DNA from: Rhina ancylostomus
Lineage: Eukaryota
DNA: 64,000 nt
Assembly (NCBI GenBank): GCA_030265395.1
Contig: JARFYF010000001.1
Coordinates: 46,742,427 to 46,806,426, forward strand
Direction of reading: 5' to 3'
Position numbers and translations under genes: made by a program. Below, piece after piece: positions 15,301 through 30,300 of this stretch. Numbering within the stretch: position 1 is the first letter of the stretch; each line of letters begins with the position of its first letter. Below the pieces are notes generated by a model. The model did not search any database. It was not told where the DNA came from and saw nothing but the letters and a program-made list of their open reading frames with translations.

Positions 15301-18300
15301 TAGCTGGTATTATTTTCTGCACTCTTTTTTTGATCTCTTCAGGTCTGATCACTTCATCATTTCGAAGCCATGTTATAGTTGGATAAGGAGAACCAGAAAT
15401 ACGAGCTAGAAGAGCTATCTCTTCACCTTTTCTGACATTTAATCCAGATGCAACATTCCCACTAAGGGACACCTTTGGTGGGTCTACATAGAAAAACAGA
15501 ATAACTATTAACTGAACATAATTTCTTATTACCTAATTGTTTAACCTTAAATTGCTTCTTCATCTAAAAAAATTACAGAAATAAAGGCATCAAATTTTCT
15601 TGTATTTAATGATTATTTTGAGTGTTATAAAAAAAAACTCACCAATGGGGTCCAAAGCTTTGACTCCTGGAGTTATTCTTGAAGGATCACTAATTCCAGC
15701 AATATTTTCAGCACGTGCGCAGAACTGGTATTCGTTTCCTTCTTCAAGATTCTTTACAGTATAAGATAGAACAGGAACCAAATACTCATTGCATCTCTCC
15801 CATTTGTCACTTCCTTTAGCTATCTTTTCTATGATATAGCCCATGATTTTACAACCACCATCAAAAAGAGGTGGTTTCCATGTGAGTATTACAGATTTTG
15901 ACGTTGGATCATGGACCTCAAGATCAACTGGTGGATCAGGGCGCTCTGAAGGAAAATTACAAACATAAGTTTAATAGTATTTAAAATGTTTTAAGAACGA
16001 AGAGCTAGGTCGACAATATCATTAACTAATATTCATTTTCTGAACTACTTACGCTTTTGGTCTTCTGCAATAACTGGGTTGCGAATCTCAGTGTATTCAC
16101 CACCACCAATTTTATTAACGGCTTTTACTCGGAAGTAGTATTCACTATTTGGAATAAGATCCTTTACTTGCCAGGTCAGTTTATTCTCACCAGACATTAC
16201 TGGTGTGTAAGTTCTTCTACCAGCCTCACGACGTTGTAGAACATAATGTAAAATTGGGCTGCCACCATCATAGTCTGGAGGATCCCAACTTATCTTGCAA
16301 GAACTCTTGGTAACGTCACTTGCTTTCATTTCCTTACACTGACCAGGTAATCCTTAATTAACCCAAAGAAGATTATATGGTCAAAATCATTTGCTTTTAT
16401 TCAGAAAGTGTTTCCATACAAGAAAATAATATTGAAAGAAGTCCCCCTGTCACATTTCAATTTATTACCTATGACTTTGACATTAATGGTGCCTGTCGTT
16501 GAACCCAGTTTATTCTCTAGTGTAATCATGTAGACACCCGCGTCAGCATGAACACAGTTGATAATTTCAATGGATGCGCGGATATAATCACTCTGCTTTG
16601 TCATTCTGTCATCCACTTTGAGCTCTTTTCCATTCTTAAACCAGGAAATAGTTGGCACTGGCACAGCTCTAAAGGGTACGAGGATATTCAACTTCTCACC
16701 CTCCACAACAACTATATCTTGGGTCTGCACTTCAATACTTGGATTACCTATTAAAATAAATATTTTAAATAATATATAAAAAGGTAATGTGTTTAATAGA
16801 ATAATAATATAACTTCTGAGATAGGAAATATTTCAGAAGATTGTTCTTACAGTCAGAATCCTTAGCCACAACATTTTCTGAAATTTCTGACGGATCACTT
16901 GTTCCAATGGCATTAACAGCCTTAACTCTCAGGATATATTCTTTGTCAGGAATAACGCCTTCTTCTGCTTTATATTTCAGATCTTTCACTGGACGAGAAT
17001 TAATTCGCATCCACTTCTCAGTTCCTGCTTCACAAATTTCAACATGATAGCCAATAATAGGGCTACCGCCATTTTTCTCCGGTGCTTTCCATGCAATAGA
17101 AATGTGATCTCTATTTGCATCTGTTACATGTAACTCAAGAGGAGGAGATGGTGGACCTAGACACAAATAACATTAGAATACAACTAGTTCATTTCCAAAA
17201 TTTCAGGAGAATTTCTGTTAATGACATGTTTACTTTCAATTTCTACTCACTAGTTGGATCTTCAATACATAGCATATCAGTAGGTTCACTTGGATGCCCA
17301 CAGCCAGCTTCATTTTCAGCATGGACTTGGAATTGTACTTCAGTGCCCTCAATCACATCAGTAACTTTATAGTTGCATTCTGGTCCAGCAGTCTTGCCAG
17401 CTTTAACCCAGCGAGTTCCTAATTTCTCTTTCTTTTCAATGACATATCTATGGAATTATTCAGTATCATTTTAAGTAGTGAATATACATAAGAAGGAAAG
17501 AATCTCAATGAATGCAGGAGAAAATAGTCATTGTCTTAAAAAGAAAATGTATTCAATAGAAAAGGGACTAAAATAACCTCTGTATTGGTCTTCCGCCATC
17601 GTTCTTGGGAGCCTCCCATTTCAGTTCAACATGTCTCTTGGTTACATCGACGACTGTAAGGGCATAAGGTGGCCCAGGTGTTGCTGGAGAGAAACCATTA
17701 TACATATGTAAGATAAAAATCCAAAGAAGCAATTAATTATTCACTAGGACTAGTAACATAGCAAACAAGCTTACTGAAGGTATCTTTTGCAAGAACCGAG
17801 TCTTCCAGTTCACAATATTCACTCTGACCAACCGCATTTTCTGCAGCAACTCTGAATACATATAGAGAACCTTCTGAAAGAGGAGAAACTGTGGATTTGA
17901 TGTCTTTTACTGTTGTGTCAACAGTTTGCCAGCCCTTTCGCCTTACATCTCTTTTTTCTACAATATAATTTGTAATGGGAGAGCCACCATCTTTTTCTGG
18001 TGGTGTCCATTTAAGATCAGCAGCATTCTTTGTGATATTAACAACTTCAAGCCAACGTGGAGGTGAAGGAGGATCTGTGGAGAAGAAAATGTTGCTCATA
18101 GTAAAAAATGCATGACTTTTGGTATTGACTGTAATGGAAATAGTGTAAAAGATGAGTATAACTTACTCAATCTCTCTTTGCACAACACAGGATCACTGGG
18201 TTCACTAGGTTCACTTTCACCAGCTTTATTAACAGCTCGTATACGGAATGAATATTCTTGTTTTTCCATAAGTCCTTTCAGGAAATATTCAGTTATGGGA

Positions 18301-21300
18301 ACACCTTCAGCTACTCTAACCCAGTCTTCTGTTCCACTTTTCAGCAATTCAATAATATAAGATTCAATCTTTGCTCCTCCGTCATGTTCTGGTTTATTCC
18401 AATTTAAGAAAACAGAAGTCTTCATGACATCTTTAATGTTAGGCTTTCCAGGAGGCCATGGTGGGTCTATAAATTAATTTGTATTAAAAATGGTCAAATC
18501 TTACATAATGATATAGTAAATCCTGTAAAACTTTGTTGCACAGATGTTGCCTTGCAAACAGCCAAAAAGATAAGAAAAATTGCAGTGTTGATTTTTTTTA
18601 AAAATATAGTTTCTGACCACATACCAGAGTCCTCTGGTCATGCAGGGTCCAGCAATATTTCAGCCAAAAACATAAAAAGGTAAGAATTTTCATTGGGTGC
18701 GCATAGTTGTACACATACCAATAGGATCTTTCACCAAGATTGGGTCTGTTTCTATGCTTGGTTTGCCAGGACCAGCTAAATTCTCTGCCAGCACTCGGAA
18801 TTTGTACTTCTTCTTTGGAGTAAGTCCCTTTAATCTGTGTTTGAAAAAACATTAGGTACATGATTATTTGTTGTCAATGATTTAGCTAACTTTTTTCATC
18901 TGAAATGACTGAAACAACCAACTTACTTTTGTACATGATGTCTAGTTAACAATTTGCAGCTATCAACCATCACATTCTACCACTGTCTAAAATAGATTGA
19001 TCCGTTATATTTTGCCTTTTTTTTTCTTCCCTACCATACAGAACTAACTAATCAGAAGTCACAATTCATACATTTAGCCATGAATCAGAAAATTACATTT
19101 CATACAAACAGTTCAATATAGATGTGGGAAAGTTTTTTTTAATTTGCTCCCCATTTTAGACATGTAGTTTCCTATTCCCCCTATGCTTTCTCTCTGTATT
19201 AGCTCTCAAAGCAATTTGATCCCCCCTGCTGAATTGTTGATTTAGATTGGGAATAGTTCATGCCCAAGCACTAATACCTTCAGTACCTGATTGGTAACAA
19301 ACTACTAATCTAAGGATATGCTCATTCCTACACTTGTTTTTTTTGGTAACTTTCAGTCAATACTAGAACATTAACCCCAACCCTATGTGCTCTAATCTCA
19401 CCATCCTCCTGTGTAGGATTTCACTGAAAACATTCTGAAAATCCAAACACATCACATCCATTGGTTCACTCTGGTTTACTCCACTAGATACATTCACAAA
19501 AAAAATTAAATAGATTAATTACATTTTCTTTCATAAATCCACAATGACTCTGCTCAACTATATTATTATTTCAAGTATTGTGATACTACAGCTTTTGTTA
19601 GAAATTCCAGCATTTTCACAAATGCTGATATCAGACTAACAGGTCAGCAGTTCCCTGATTTGTCTCTCACTCCTTTCTTTAAATAGTAGGGTTACATTTG
19701 TTGCCTTGAATTCTGCAGGACCCATTCCAGAATCTACAAGTTTTTGGGAGATGGTAATCAGAGCATCAATTTTCAGTTTCACTAATAGTTTGCATTTTTT
19801 AACATTTTAATTTCTTTCAGTTCCTTATTGGACCCTTGGTTCTCCAGCATTTCTGGCATGTGTTTTGCATCTTCCATAGAGGCAGAAACAATGTTTTAAA
19901 TTGTTTCCGCTGCTATTTCTTTATTTCCCCCAAAAATTCTCTCTTCTCCATCTGTAAGGGACCCAAATTCATCCTCACTGTATTTTTCCCCTTTTTACAT
20001 ACCTACAGAAACATCTACAGTCTGTCTCCATGTTTCTTGCTAATTTACTCGTTAATACAATTTGATATATTTTAATACTCTTTAATACAATTTATACAAT
20101 ATAAAATACAATTTAATATTGTATTTCCCCTTTCTTTGTCAATATCTTGGTCATCCTTTGCTGAATTTCAAAACATTGCCAATCACCAGGCTTACTAGTT
20201 TTTCTAGCAATTTTCTAAGCCTTTTCCTTAGATTTAATGCTATCTTTAATTTCTCCCGTAACCCACAGTTGGTCCACTTTTCCTATTTTTTTGCACCTTA
20301 AAAGGAATGTATATTTCTTGCAAATCATGTTAATTTTCAGTGATTTATATGCAAAGGCATCATGGTGCCCATGAAGACCGACCTTCTAAAATTCCCCACC
20401 ATTTAAAAATATTTTCCTTTTTTAAAATTTTTTTCTACCAAAGTGGGTGACTTCCCATATTTACCATGTTCTTGATCATTTACTTAGCTTATCTATATAC
20501 CCTTGAAAACTCTCTGCATCCTCCCCACAACTCCTACAACCACCCAGCCTCATATCATCAGCAGATCCCCTCATNNNNNNNNNNNNNNNNNNNNNNNNNN
20601 NNNNNNNNNNNNNNNNNNNNNNNNNNNNNNNNNNNNNNNNNNNNNNNNNNNNNNNNNNNNNNNNNNNNNNNNNNNNNNNNNNNNNNTAAAGTAGTTTTTA
20701 ACACTCATACATGACACTGTGTGTTTCTTTTGTTGCTGGTTCATAACACAATCCAATATGCTTTTGTGTAATAACTTCTTGTGTGGAATCATATCAAAAA
20801 CCAAGATAGAGTAGATAGTCAGAATATTTTTCCCATGGTGGGGGTGTCAAAAACTAGAGAGTATAGGTTCAAAGCCAAGGGGAGGAGTTTTAAAAGGGAT
20901 CTGAGGGGTAAGCTTTTTCCACACACAGAGTGGCTACAACCAGAACACACTGTCAGAGGAGTTGGTGAAGGCAGATACAATTACTACGTTTGAGAGGCAC
21001 TTAGATAGGTCCTTGAATAGGCGAGACAGAGAAGGATATGGAATTAATGCAGGCAAATAGGATTAATGTAGGTGGGTAAACAGTTGGCATAGACATGGTG
21101 GGCCAAAAGGACTGTTTCAGAGCTATATGACTCCATAACTCTACGACTCTATGACCTACTGAAACTCCAAATACTCAAGGTATGTAATCTGCTAGTTACA
21201 TCCTGAAAAAAACTGAACATTTGTGGGAAACATGAATTTTCTTTCTAATGGATCTGCCCAATCCTATTATGGGATTGCCTAGGTTATGGGAAACCTGACT

Positions 21301-24300
21301 TAAGGAAATCCAACTTTACACAAATTATCCCACAAAAATTTTTAAAGGATTTTTCAAGACAGTAATAATAATACAATGTTTTGTGGTATTAATACAACAG
21401 GATATAATATACAGTATATTCCATTAGTTTAATTATGGGTAGCGTTTGGGTGAACATATAAGATATCCAATGAAATGAAATTATAGGAAGTGTATGTAGA
21501 ACAATTTGATTTGGGTGGTCACAGAAAACAAATGTTTCTGATTTATGGAAAATTAGTTTATGGACAGTTCATAGGAATGGAACAATTTACATAGCCCGGG
21601 GAGATTGTGGAGGCATTATTTTCCAAGTGCTACATTACCTTAGCAATAGATTCTGGTCTAAAAGCTTGATTTTAGATCCAGATTAAAACTTGACGGCAGC
21701 ACAGATGAGTGCACTTGTGAAGACATTTTGATCCTGATACTTTACTGATGTATTCTTAGGTTAACCAGCTACTTTGAGCAAGTGAAGGAAACTTGGAAGA
21801 GGGAAGCAGTCTGACTGCAATTTTAGTTGGGCTCCCAAATGGGAATATAACAATGGCTTTGCTATCAGGCCAGGCACTTTAGAGGACCAGAAAGGTGAGT
21901 AAGCAAGGCTAATTTTAGATTTTCTTATGGTCCAAAGGATCATAATAGGAATAGAGGTTTACTTTTTTTAGCCAAGAGGAAAGCTTAGGAAGACTAGTCC
22001 TCAGAAAATAATTATGGCTGTCATAATAACCATGGCTTCATCAAAGTTTTTGAAAATTAACCTCATGCATCATAAGTACCTGAAACTTGTATCTTTGACA
22101 GGTATCTTGTTACATCTTTGCCATTTATCAGTGTTGGGATCGTATCTTTCAACAAAATATCCAGTGATTGGGCTGCCACCATCCTCTTCTGGTTCATACC
22201 ATGTCAGTGTCAATGAATCTTTAGCAATATCTGAACCTTTCAGATTTGTTGGAGGACCAGGTGGATCTAATGTACAATTATATATTGATGGATTTAAAAA
22301 AATGTAATCATGTATAATGTATAAATAATGCGACAAATGTTTCAATTCTAATTGACATTATCATACTACATTTTTCCTTACCGAAAGCATACTTCGCTAT
22401 AATTGAAGGATGCTGGGATGGCTCTCCAATACCATACATGTTTTCAGCAAAAACTCTGAATGTATATTCTTTCAGTGGTTTAAGATTTGTTGTCTTGAAT
22501 TTGGTTTCTTTGATTGTGGATGAAAGTTTGTTCCACAGTTCAGTGGTTCCAACCACATATTCCACAATATAATTAGTAATGCGTGAACCACCATCATCTC
22601 TGGGTGGATTCCATGTCAGATTACAGGATTCGTTTGTAATATCAGTGATATCAAATGCAGCTGGTGGTCCAGGTTTGTCTGCAAAACAAAAATCGTCGAT
22701 ACTTGTTTAGATTTTTTTCATACTAAAATTATAGATAGTGTTGCAAATAACATCTTAATAGTTGAATTACCTAGAATATTCACTTCAACAACAGCAGTAG
22801 CACGACCACTAACATTTACTGCTTCAATAATATAGGTGCCACTGTCACTCCTTGTGGTATCTGAGATTGTCACAATGGAATGACCAGGTTTGGTGTCAAT
22901 ATTTATTCTGTTGTCAGGCTTCAGAAGGTGTTCTGCCTTTGTCCAAGTAACTCTAGGATCAGGTTTGCCAGAGACTACAGCTGGGAGCTCAATCTTTGTG
23001 CCAGCCTTCACAGTAATGCCAGCAAGCAACTTAACATCAAGATGAATCTCTGGAGCCACTGTTGTAAACAAAGAAAACATGAATAATTTGGTAAGAATTT
23101 TAAGAAAGAAAATTGTAGGTTAAATTCAGTATTGCCATCGCTAATTGTGGAGACTCACTTGAAAAAAATCATCAATTGGATAATTCCATGTAGGATTCAT
23201 TGTCTTAATGAGCATCCAATCATTAACATGAATTAACTGGGAATTAGAAGCATCAATAAAGCTCTGTGCTAATTACATAGCCCACAAGTTTGTTGCATAG
23301 ATCATCAATTTATCAGTAATACTCAGATGTAACATCATTAATTTTAGTGAAATTTGAGCAATATAGTTAACTATTATTCCTTTCATAATAATTCTTTGAC
23401 AATAAGTGAAATTGCAATTGTGACTTCATTTATCACAATGTGAACATTTGTGAGATAAATCCATCAAAATTTAGTAAGTAATCGGGTTGTATAATTAGGG
23501 GATGGGTTAATTAAAATTATGATTTGGAGAAATACTTTTATATTAGTTAGTAACAATGTACCTTTTGGATCGACAGCTTGTATATCGTCTGTAGGTTTAC
23601 TAGGTCTGCTGGCACCTTGTCTATTCAAAGCTTTAACCCGGTATGAGTACCATTCATTTTCTGTGAGGTTGGTCACTTCCATCCTATTTAACATAATTAT
23701 CATATTAGTGTTATTTTGTACTAACCAAACCAAAGCAAACATTAGAAAATTAGACATATAACATTACTTCAATTCATGAACTGGTTCTCCACATGGATCC
23801 CACTTTTCAGTACCACGTTGACACTTCTCTACTAAATAGCCTTTAATTCTTGAACCTCCATCATATTTTGGTGGTTCCCATGTAAGGAAGATTCCTCTGG
23901 CAGTTGAATCCCTCCATCTGACATTTTCTGGTGGATCTGGAACAGCTGAAAAATATATGGAGGTAAATTAAAATCTTTTGTTCAAAAGTTTCACAAGGAC
24001 AATTATATAATGAAAATTAATTTTCATCATCAGATCTACATCAGTTTAAAACTGGGTACTATTGCAGCTGATATATTCAAAAGCAGAATATATGCAATTT
24101 TCCAAATAACTTGCTGAAATTTGCAGAGATAAGAATGCGTGTGGGGGGGGGGCAAGTCACAACATAGGAAATGAAAAAACAGGACTACTTCTGTTGTGTC
24201 AGAATTCTGGTGGACAGTGACATCAATTTCATCCACCACTCTCATACCCCAAATCAATTTCCCAATTCAGAGTATAGTAGAAAAACCATGGTAGAATTTC

Positions 24301-27300
24301 CATTGATATTAAAGGAGCAAAATCATCTCAAAGGTTGGAATTCTGGAATCCTGGTAGACCTTGGCAGGTAACAATATAAGAATTTGCTGTGCAAATATAT
24401 TGAATATTCAAAATTTGAAGTATATACTAATGAAACAGCAAGCATACATTACATGAGTGATTTAAGAAACATTTTCAGTTTAAATTTTTCATTAACCATT
24501 GATCTTATCTATAAAATGCTTGCTAAATCAGTCTTGAAAAGACTTTAGAATCTTATTTTGTTTCCTTGGATGCTCTTGACATGCAAATAGTAGAATGTAA
24601 TGAAATATATTTAAAAGGTGGACCCGTGCATTGATACATTTAACAAAATTCAGAGTAGACCTATTTGACTGTGTTTAAAAACTAACATCCATACAATTTA
24701 ATATATATGATTGAAAAGCTAAATACTTACTTGCTGGAGCAGATACATTAACAGGTTCATCAATATATGCAGGTTCACTTGGGCCACATTTGTTACAGGC
24801 AGAAACTCTAAACAGGTAGTCTCGGCCTTGGAAGAGGTCAGTGATAGTAAATTCCAAGTCCTGCACTCTCTCAATAACCTGGAAATGACAGAACGTGACA
24901 ATGATAAAACTGGAATCACTCACAAATAGAGTGTAGCTTCTCCTTTAAAACACAGACAAATCCCAGTGCAGCAGACGCCATTGGTGAATAATTGTCACAA
25001 AATCTCCATGCTAAATATCCACCAAGAAGCAAGAAAAGATTTTGGTTTGCGGCCTGATCCTATCAAACCCTTTAATTTGAGTGGGGAGCTCCATGCTAGC
25101 TTTTCAGGCAACTTTCACTCACATAGAAAAGAAAGTGAGCTCAAAAAAAACCTTTTCATCTTTATGCTGATCGAGTCCTGCATATGGCATTAGATGTGTC
25201 TGAAGAACCCCTGAAATACCAAGACAAGTTTAATGGACCTAACAGAGTTGTTGTATTTTTTTTCCTCAGTAGTGCTGTGAGTGTTACCCAACTGTTTTGA
25301 AGAGGATTTGATATAAAAAAAACATAAGATCTTATAAATAAAGCTGAAGATTCTGCATAAGAAAATCTGACAAAATAATTTATGCCTATACTCAAAACCA
25401 TTCAGAATGGTAATGACATAAGATTGACTTCAATATTTAATTGCATCTAGCCAACTTAATAACAATGGAGTTCTGACGAAAAGTTATGGACCTGAAATGT
25501 TAACTTTCTCTGTCTACAGATACTGCCTGACTCATTAAATATCTCCAGCATTTTCTCTTTTGTTTCAGATTTCTGGCATCTGAATTTTGTTGCTCTACAA
25601 ATGATGGAGCTGGGTTGACATCACAATATTTCTATTTCTATTTGTTTCCTTCAGTATTACAGTCTGCATGGATAATTTACAAAAATTCACTTGCTCAGGG
25701 ACGCAGTAATTTCTTATGTTGCTAGTCTAAATGGGTAACTTCAATGATCACGGTGACAACCTTGAGTCACCAGTTTGAAAATAACAGAAATAAATTGAAG
25801 ATCAATATGATTTATCACTTACTTTGACCCACGTTTTGCGGTTAACTTCACGCTTTTCAATGAGATATCCAGTCAATGGACTTCCACCATCATTATCAGG
25901 CTGATCCCATATCAAATGCACTGTATTTCTACTAATGTCTGACACTTTGAGGTCTTTTGGTACACTTGGCCTTGCTGAGAAGTTAAAACAACAAAGGATT
26001 TTAAAAAATTAATAATTTTTCATTCCATTAATTATTTTCCTTGCTACTGATTTCTTCCATCTCCCAGATATTCATTAAGGCCATGCAAAGTCATGGTGCC
26101 CTGTCTGATCAGGAGCTAAGTCTCAAAATGTTTATGACATCATGATCACGAACTGCTACATCTTCAGTACTGCTCATCTTCATGCCAACCTTGCTCCTGG
26201 TGAAATTTTTTTGACAGTTCAACATTCCCTCTAATTCCATTATTTCACTTTTGTCAATTTGTCAATCAGTACCCTGTATAAAGTCTGAATGTCAAATACC
26301 CCACTAGTCAATTCATCCATAGCCTCGTTGAGCTATATTGATTCCAAAACACATTGAATTATAAGTAATGATTCCTTTTTTCAAATTTCTCCAGAGTTTT
26401 GCACATGCAACTTTGCAACTATTACCAGGCTTACAGCACACCTCTCATCATTCTGACGACTTATTCTCGACTTCTGGATTTTCCTTTCCCTTTGGTTCAC
26501 CATTGCTATTAACTTTGGATGGTTTGAGCCCACTCTTTTGAATGTTTACTTTCAATTTCTTTGACATTCTGCTTTATTCTCTATCTTTAAAAACCTCTCC
26601 AAAACCCATTCCTTCAATTAAGTTTTTAGTTGTTTCTAATTTTCATATTGAAAACTCAGCACTTGCCTCTGTAATGGACTCATTTTGCTCTACTCTTTAG
26701 AGTGTCTTGGCAGTTTTCACTGTTATATATGTAGCATTAATATAAGTCATCTTTAACCGATTAAATAAAAATGCTGTTTGTTAAATATATCCAGATTCTT
26801 ACCAATTACATTCACGTCAATTTCGCCTGTGACAGTTGACACTGCATTTTCTAGTGTCAGTTTATAGAGTCCCTTATCTGGACGCTCACTGGGAGAAATA
26901 ACCAATTGTGTATATTTTGCAGTTGTTTCCATTTTCACACGCTCATTGCTTTCGATAGGTTTTTCATCAACAGCCCATTTTGCCAAAGGTATAGGGTAGC
27001 CACTGAAAGGAACACGAATTTTGAGTGGTTCTGGAACAATAACCTCAAGACCATCTTTGAACTCTCTCAGATCAAGAGAAGGAGCCACTGGAAGAGAATG
27101 CATAATTAGTTTTCAAATGATGTACTAATTGTTGAAAAGAAAAATACCTCACTTTTACTGTTTTTAATATACTTTTGTTCACAAAGGTATATGCTTTACC
27201 ATGGGGGTCATCAGCCATCAGTGGGCCAAGAGCATCAGCTGGATCTGATAAGCCTGCTGCATTTTCAGCAGATACCCTGTAATAATACTTCTTTCCTTGT

Positions 27301-30300
27301 TCCAAACCAGATACCTGTCAGAACAAAAACAAAAGTGATTAGCATATTTTTCAAAAAAAAGGAGTCAGTAGCAATTATGTCTCAAATATGGACTTAAAGT
27401 AATATCTATCCATCAGTGTGATCTTAAAATCTATACTTGACTTTACTGAAATTACTGCAGCATTTCCTGAATCCCATCCTTTCCCCAAAAGAAATCAATA
27501 TTCAGAGATATGTTTCTCCATAGTTTTCTCACAGTCTTCAAAATATTGTGATCTGCAGCCCATCTTTGCCAAAGTTCTTCAAAAACATCATTCCATTGAA
27601 CTCCAGTTCCTAAGCAAATTGATTTCAAAACCTTAACTTCATCAAATATTGCGTCTCACTCCTCTTGCATCTGGGAAACTCAGGTGTAGGGTACACATGA
27701 ATCCAGTCCCCAACATTCAACATTGGTCATCAGCTCATAATTTGTTTGTGACTAGATAAGGGACTGCATGTGAATTTCTCTCTTAGTATTAATATCAGGA
27801 GAGCAACTGCTTCCAGATCCTTATAAATCAACACGAATGATTTTAACAAATAAACAAATTAAAGATAGCAACCTTGAATTTTGTTTCAGGAACAAGTCTT
27901 ATATTGCAGGGAATCCATTTATCTGTGCCTTCTTCACATAGCTCAATAACGTAGCCCAGAATTGGGCTTCCTCCATCCTTAAGAGGTGGTTCCCAATTCA
28001 GTTGCACGGATTCTTTAGTCTGGTTTGAAGCAGCTAGTTCAATGGGTGGACTCGGTTTAACTAAAAAAAAGAGAAATCAAAATCAATTAGTGGAAGATCA
28101 ATATTAAGAATGCAAAGCATTGAACATTTTTCTAATCAGATACTAACATATTGGGTTCATAATTTTCACAGGATGAGAAGCTGCACTGGGCTTTCCTACA
28201 CCAGCTTTGTTTTCTGCTCTGACACGGAATATATATTCTCTGTTTTCTACCACATCATTCATCTGAGCAGACAGCTCATCTGCTTCAGTGGTCATAGCTG
28301 GTTCCCATTTAACCGAGGTTCTGTCACGCAGCTCAACAACGTAGTTAGTGATTTCTGCTCCGCCATCATATGCTGGTGGTTCCCATGTAATGGTAGCACC
28401 AAATCTGTTCACATCTTTCACTTGGACATTGAGTGGTGCATCAGGTACATCTGATAGAAAAGATAATACAAATATTATTTTACAATTTCAATACATAGAA
28501 ATCATTTGGGCAATATTTAAAGCTAGTAATTGAACTGTCTCTGATACTTACTAAACTTATTCTTAGCTTGAACAGGTTCATCAGTTTCCACAGGTTCACC
28601 TGTACCTACTCTGTTTCTTGCACTGACACGGAATAGATAATACACTCCTTTTTGGAGACCAGTTACTGTAAATTCAGTATTGTCAGCTCTATCAGTAGCT
28701 AAGGTCCAAGTTTTGCGCTTCACATCACGCCGTTCTACAACATATCCAAGAATTTTGCTACCTCCATCACTTTCGGGCTCATCCCAAGCAAGACTAACTT
28801 CACCATCAGAAGTTTCTATAACTTTCAAATTCTGGATTGGGCCAGGCACATCTGTAAATTGAGAGAAAAAGAAAATATTATTTCCAGAACAGCTTTTAGA
28901 CCCAGCTATCGAATAAAAGTATAACAAAGAATACTTACCAATAACATCCAAATTTATATATCCTTCACCCTTTCCATGTTTATTCTGAATCACAACCTTG
29001 TACCTTCCCTTGTCAGTTCTCTTTGGGTCAAAAAGTCGATAAGAAGTGATTTCTGCAGTTATGTCAATGTTTTGTTTGGGCAGACTGACATATTCGGAAG
29101 TAGTAGAGTCTTCCTTGAACCACTGAGCTTCAGCACGTGGGTAAGCATCATATGGAAGTGTCATTGTGAATGGCTTTCCAGCATCAGTCACAAGATTCAA
29201 ATCAGTCATCTTGATTCTCGGTATCGCTATAAAGCAAAGATTCATAAGTCAGGAAGATATAAATTCTGCAGAACCAATTCATTGTAGCCAGCAAGAGAAA
29301 AGATAATGGTGTTCACTAATATTCCTAAGATTTTACATACTCACCTGCAAGTTCCAGTTTAGCTCTTGCATCTTTATCCTTGGCAATAAACCTATATTCC
29401 CCCTGATCACGTGGTCTTATGCTGCAGATCTGCAATCGGTGAACCTTTCCTTCACTCATCATTTGATGTTTATCACCCTGAACAATTATCATATTATTTC
29501 TTAACCATTTGACTTCAACTTTATCTTTGTTCAGTTCAGCTTCAAAAATAACATCTGATTCTGGAGCTTCAAAAATATCTTGTGGAGGTCTGATGATTTC
29601 AACTGGGATTTCTGAAAGAATAAAAGTAATAATTAAAACTGCATTTTCTCAATTTTCTCAGTTGTTATAATAACTTGTTTTTTCCTCAATCATACTTGCC
29701 TTCAACAAATAATCTAGCCCTTGAACGTCTGTCTTCTACACCACAGGAGTATTCACATTCATCATCTGGTCTACATTCCTTTACAATAAGTCTATGCAAA
29801 CTACCATCTTTTTCAAATTGATACCTAGAAAAAGTCACAAAAACACATATGATACCATTTATAATCTTATGAAACAGTAATAAACACTTCTACAAACAAA
29901 TGGATTAAGCATACTTTTTGTTTTCTCTGAGTTCTCTGCCATTCCGATACCATTTTACAGTCGCTTTCTCTTTAGACAATTGACATGAAAAGATTGCATC
30001 TTCAAACTCAATGACGGTTTGATCTTGAATATGTTCTGTGAAATCTGTTGGTGCCTCTGTGATAATAAGTTCAGCAACTGATTTGTCTTGTCCAGCAATT
30101 ACAGTATATTCTCCTTCATCTTTGAATACACATCCTCTTATTATAAGAGAGTGCTTTTTCTTGTCAATTTTATACAGAATTCGTTTGTCAAATGTAATTT
30201 CCTCTCCATTTTTCATCCATTGTAGAGTGACATTTTCACGGTTCACTTTGCAGCTGAAGGTAACAGATTTCTTTTCCATTGTTTCACAATCATCAAGAGG

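Noticed and set aside
15230-15350. Charged insertion in Ig ~A4
   Set aside because: An equivalent insert is present in mammalian titin as recalled; not novel.
19215-20804. Possible circularly permuted CR1
   Set aside because: The two minus-strand pieces overlap in element coordinates (both contain the AFDKVPH region), so they are separate copies.
26040-26640. Possible ancient L2-like relics (also ~60200-60830)
   Set aside because: Too decayed to support a family call by eye.
28523-29245. 240-aa ORF suggesting one large exon
   Set aside because: It reads through an 87-nt stop-free intron with canonical GTAAGT/CAG sites; the inserted peptide is intron-like.
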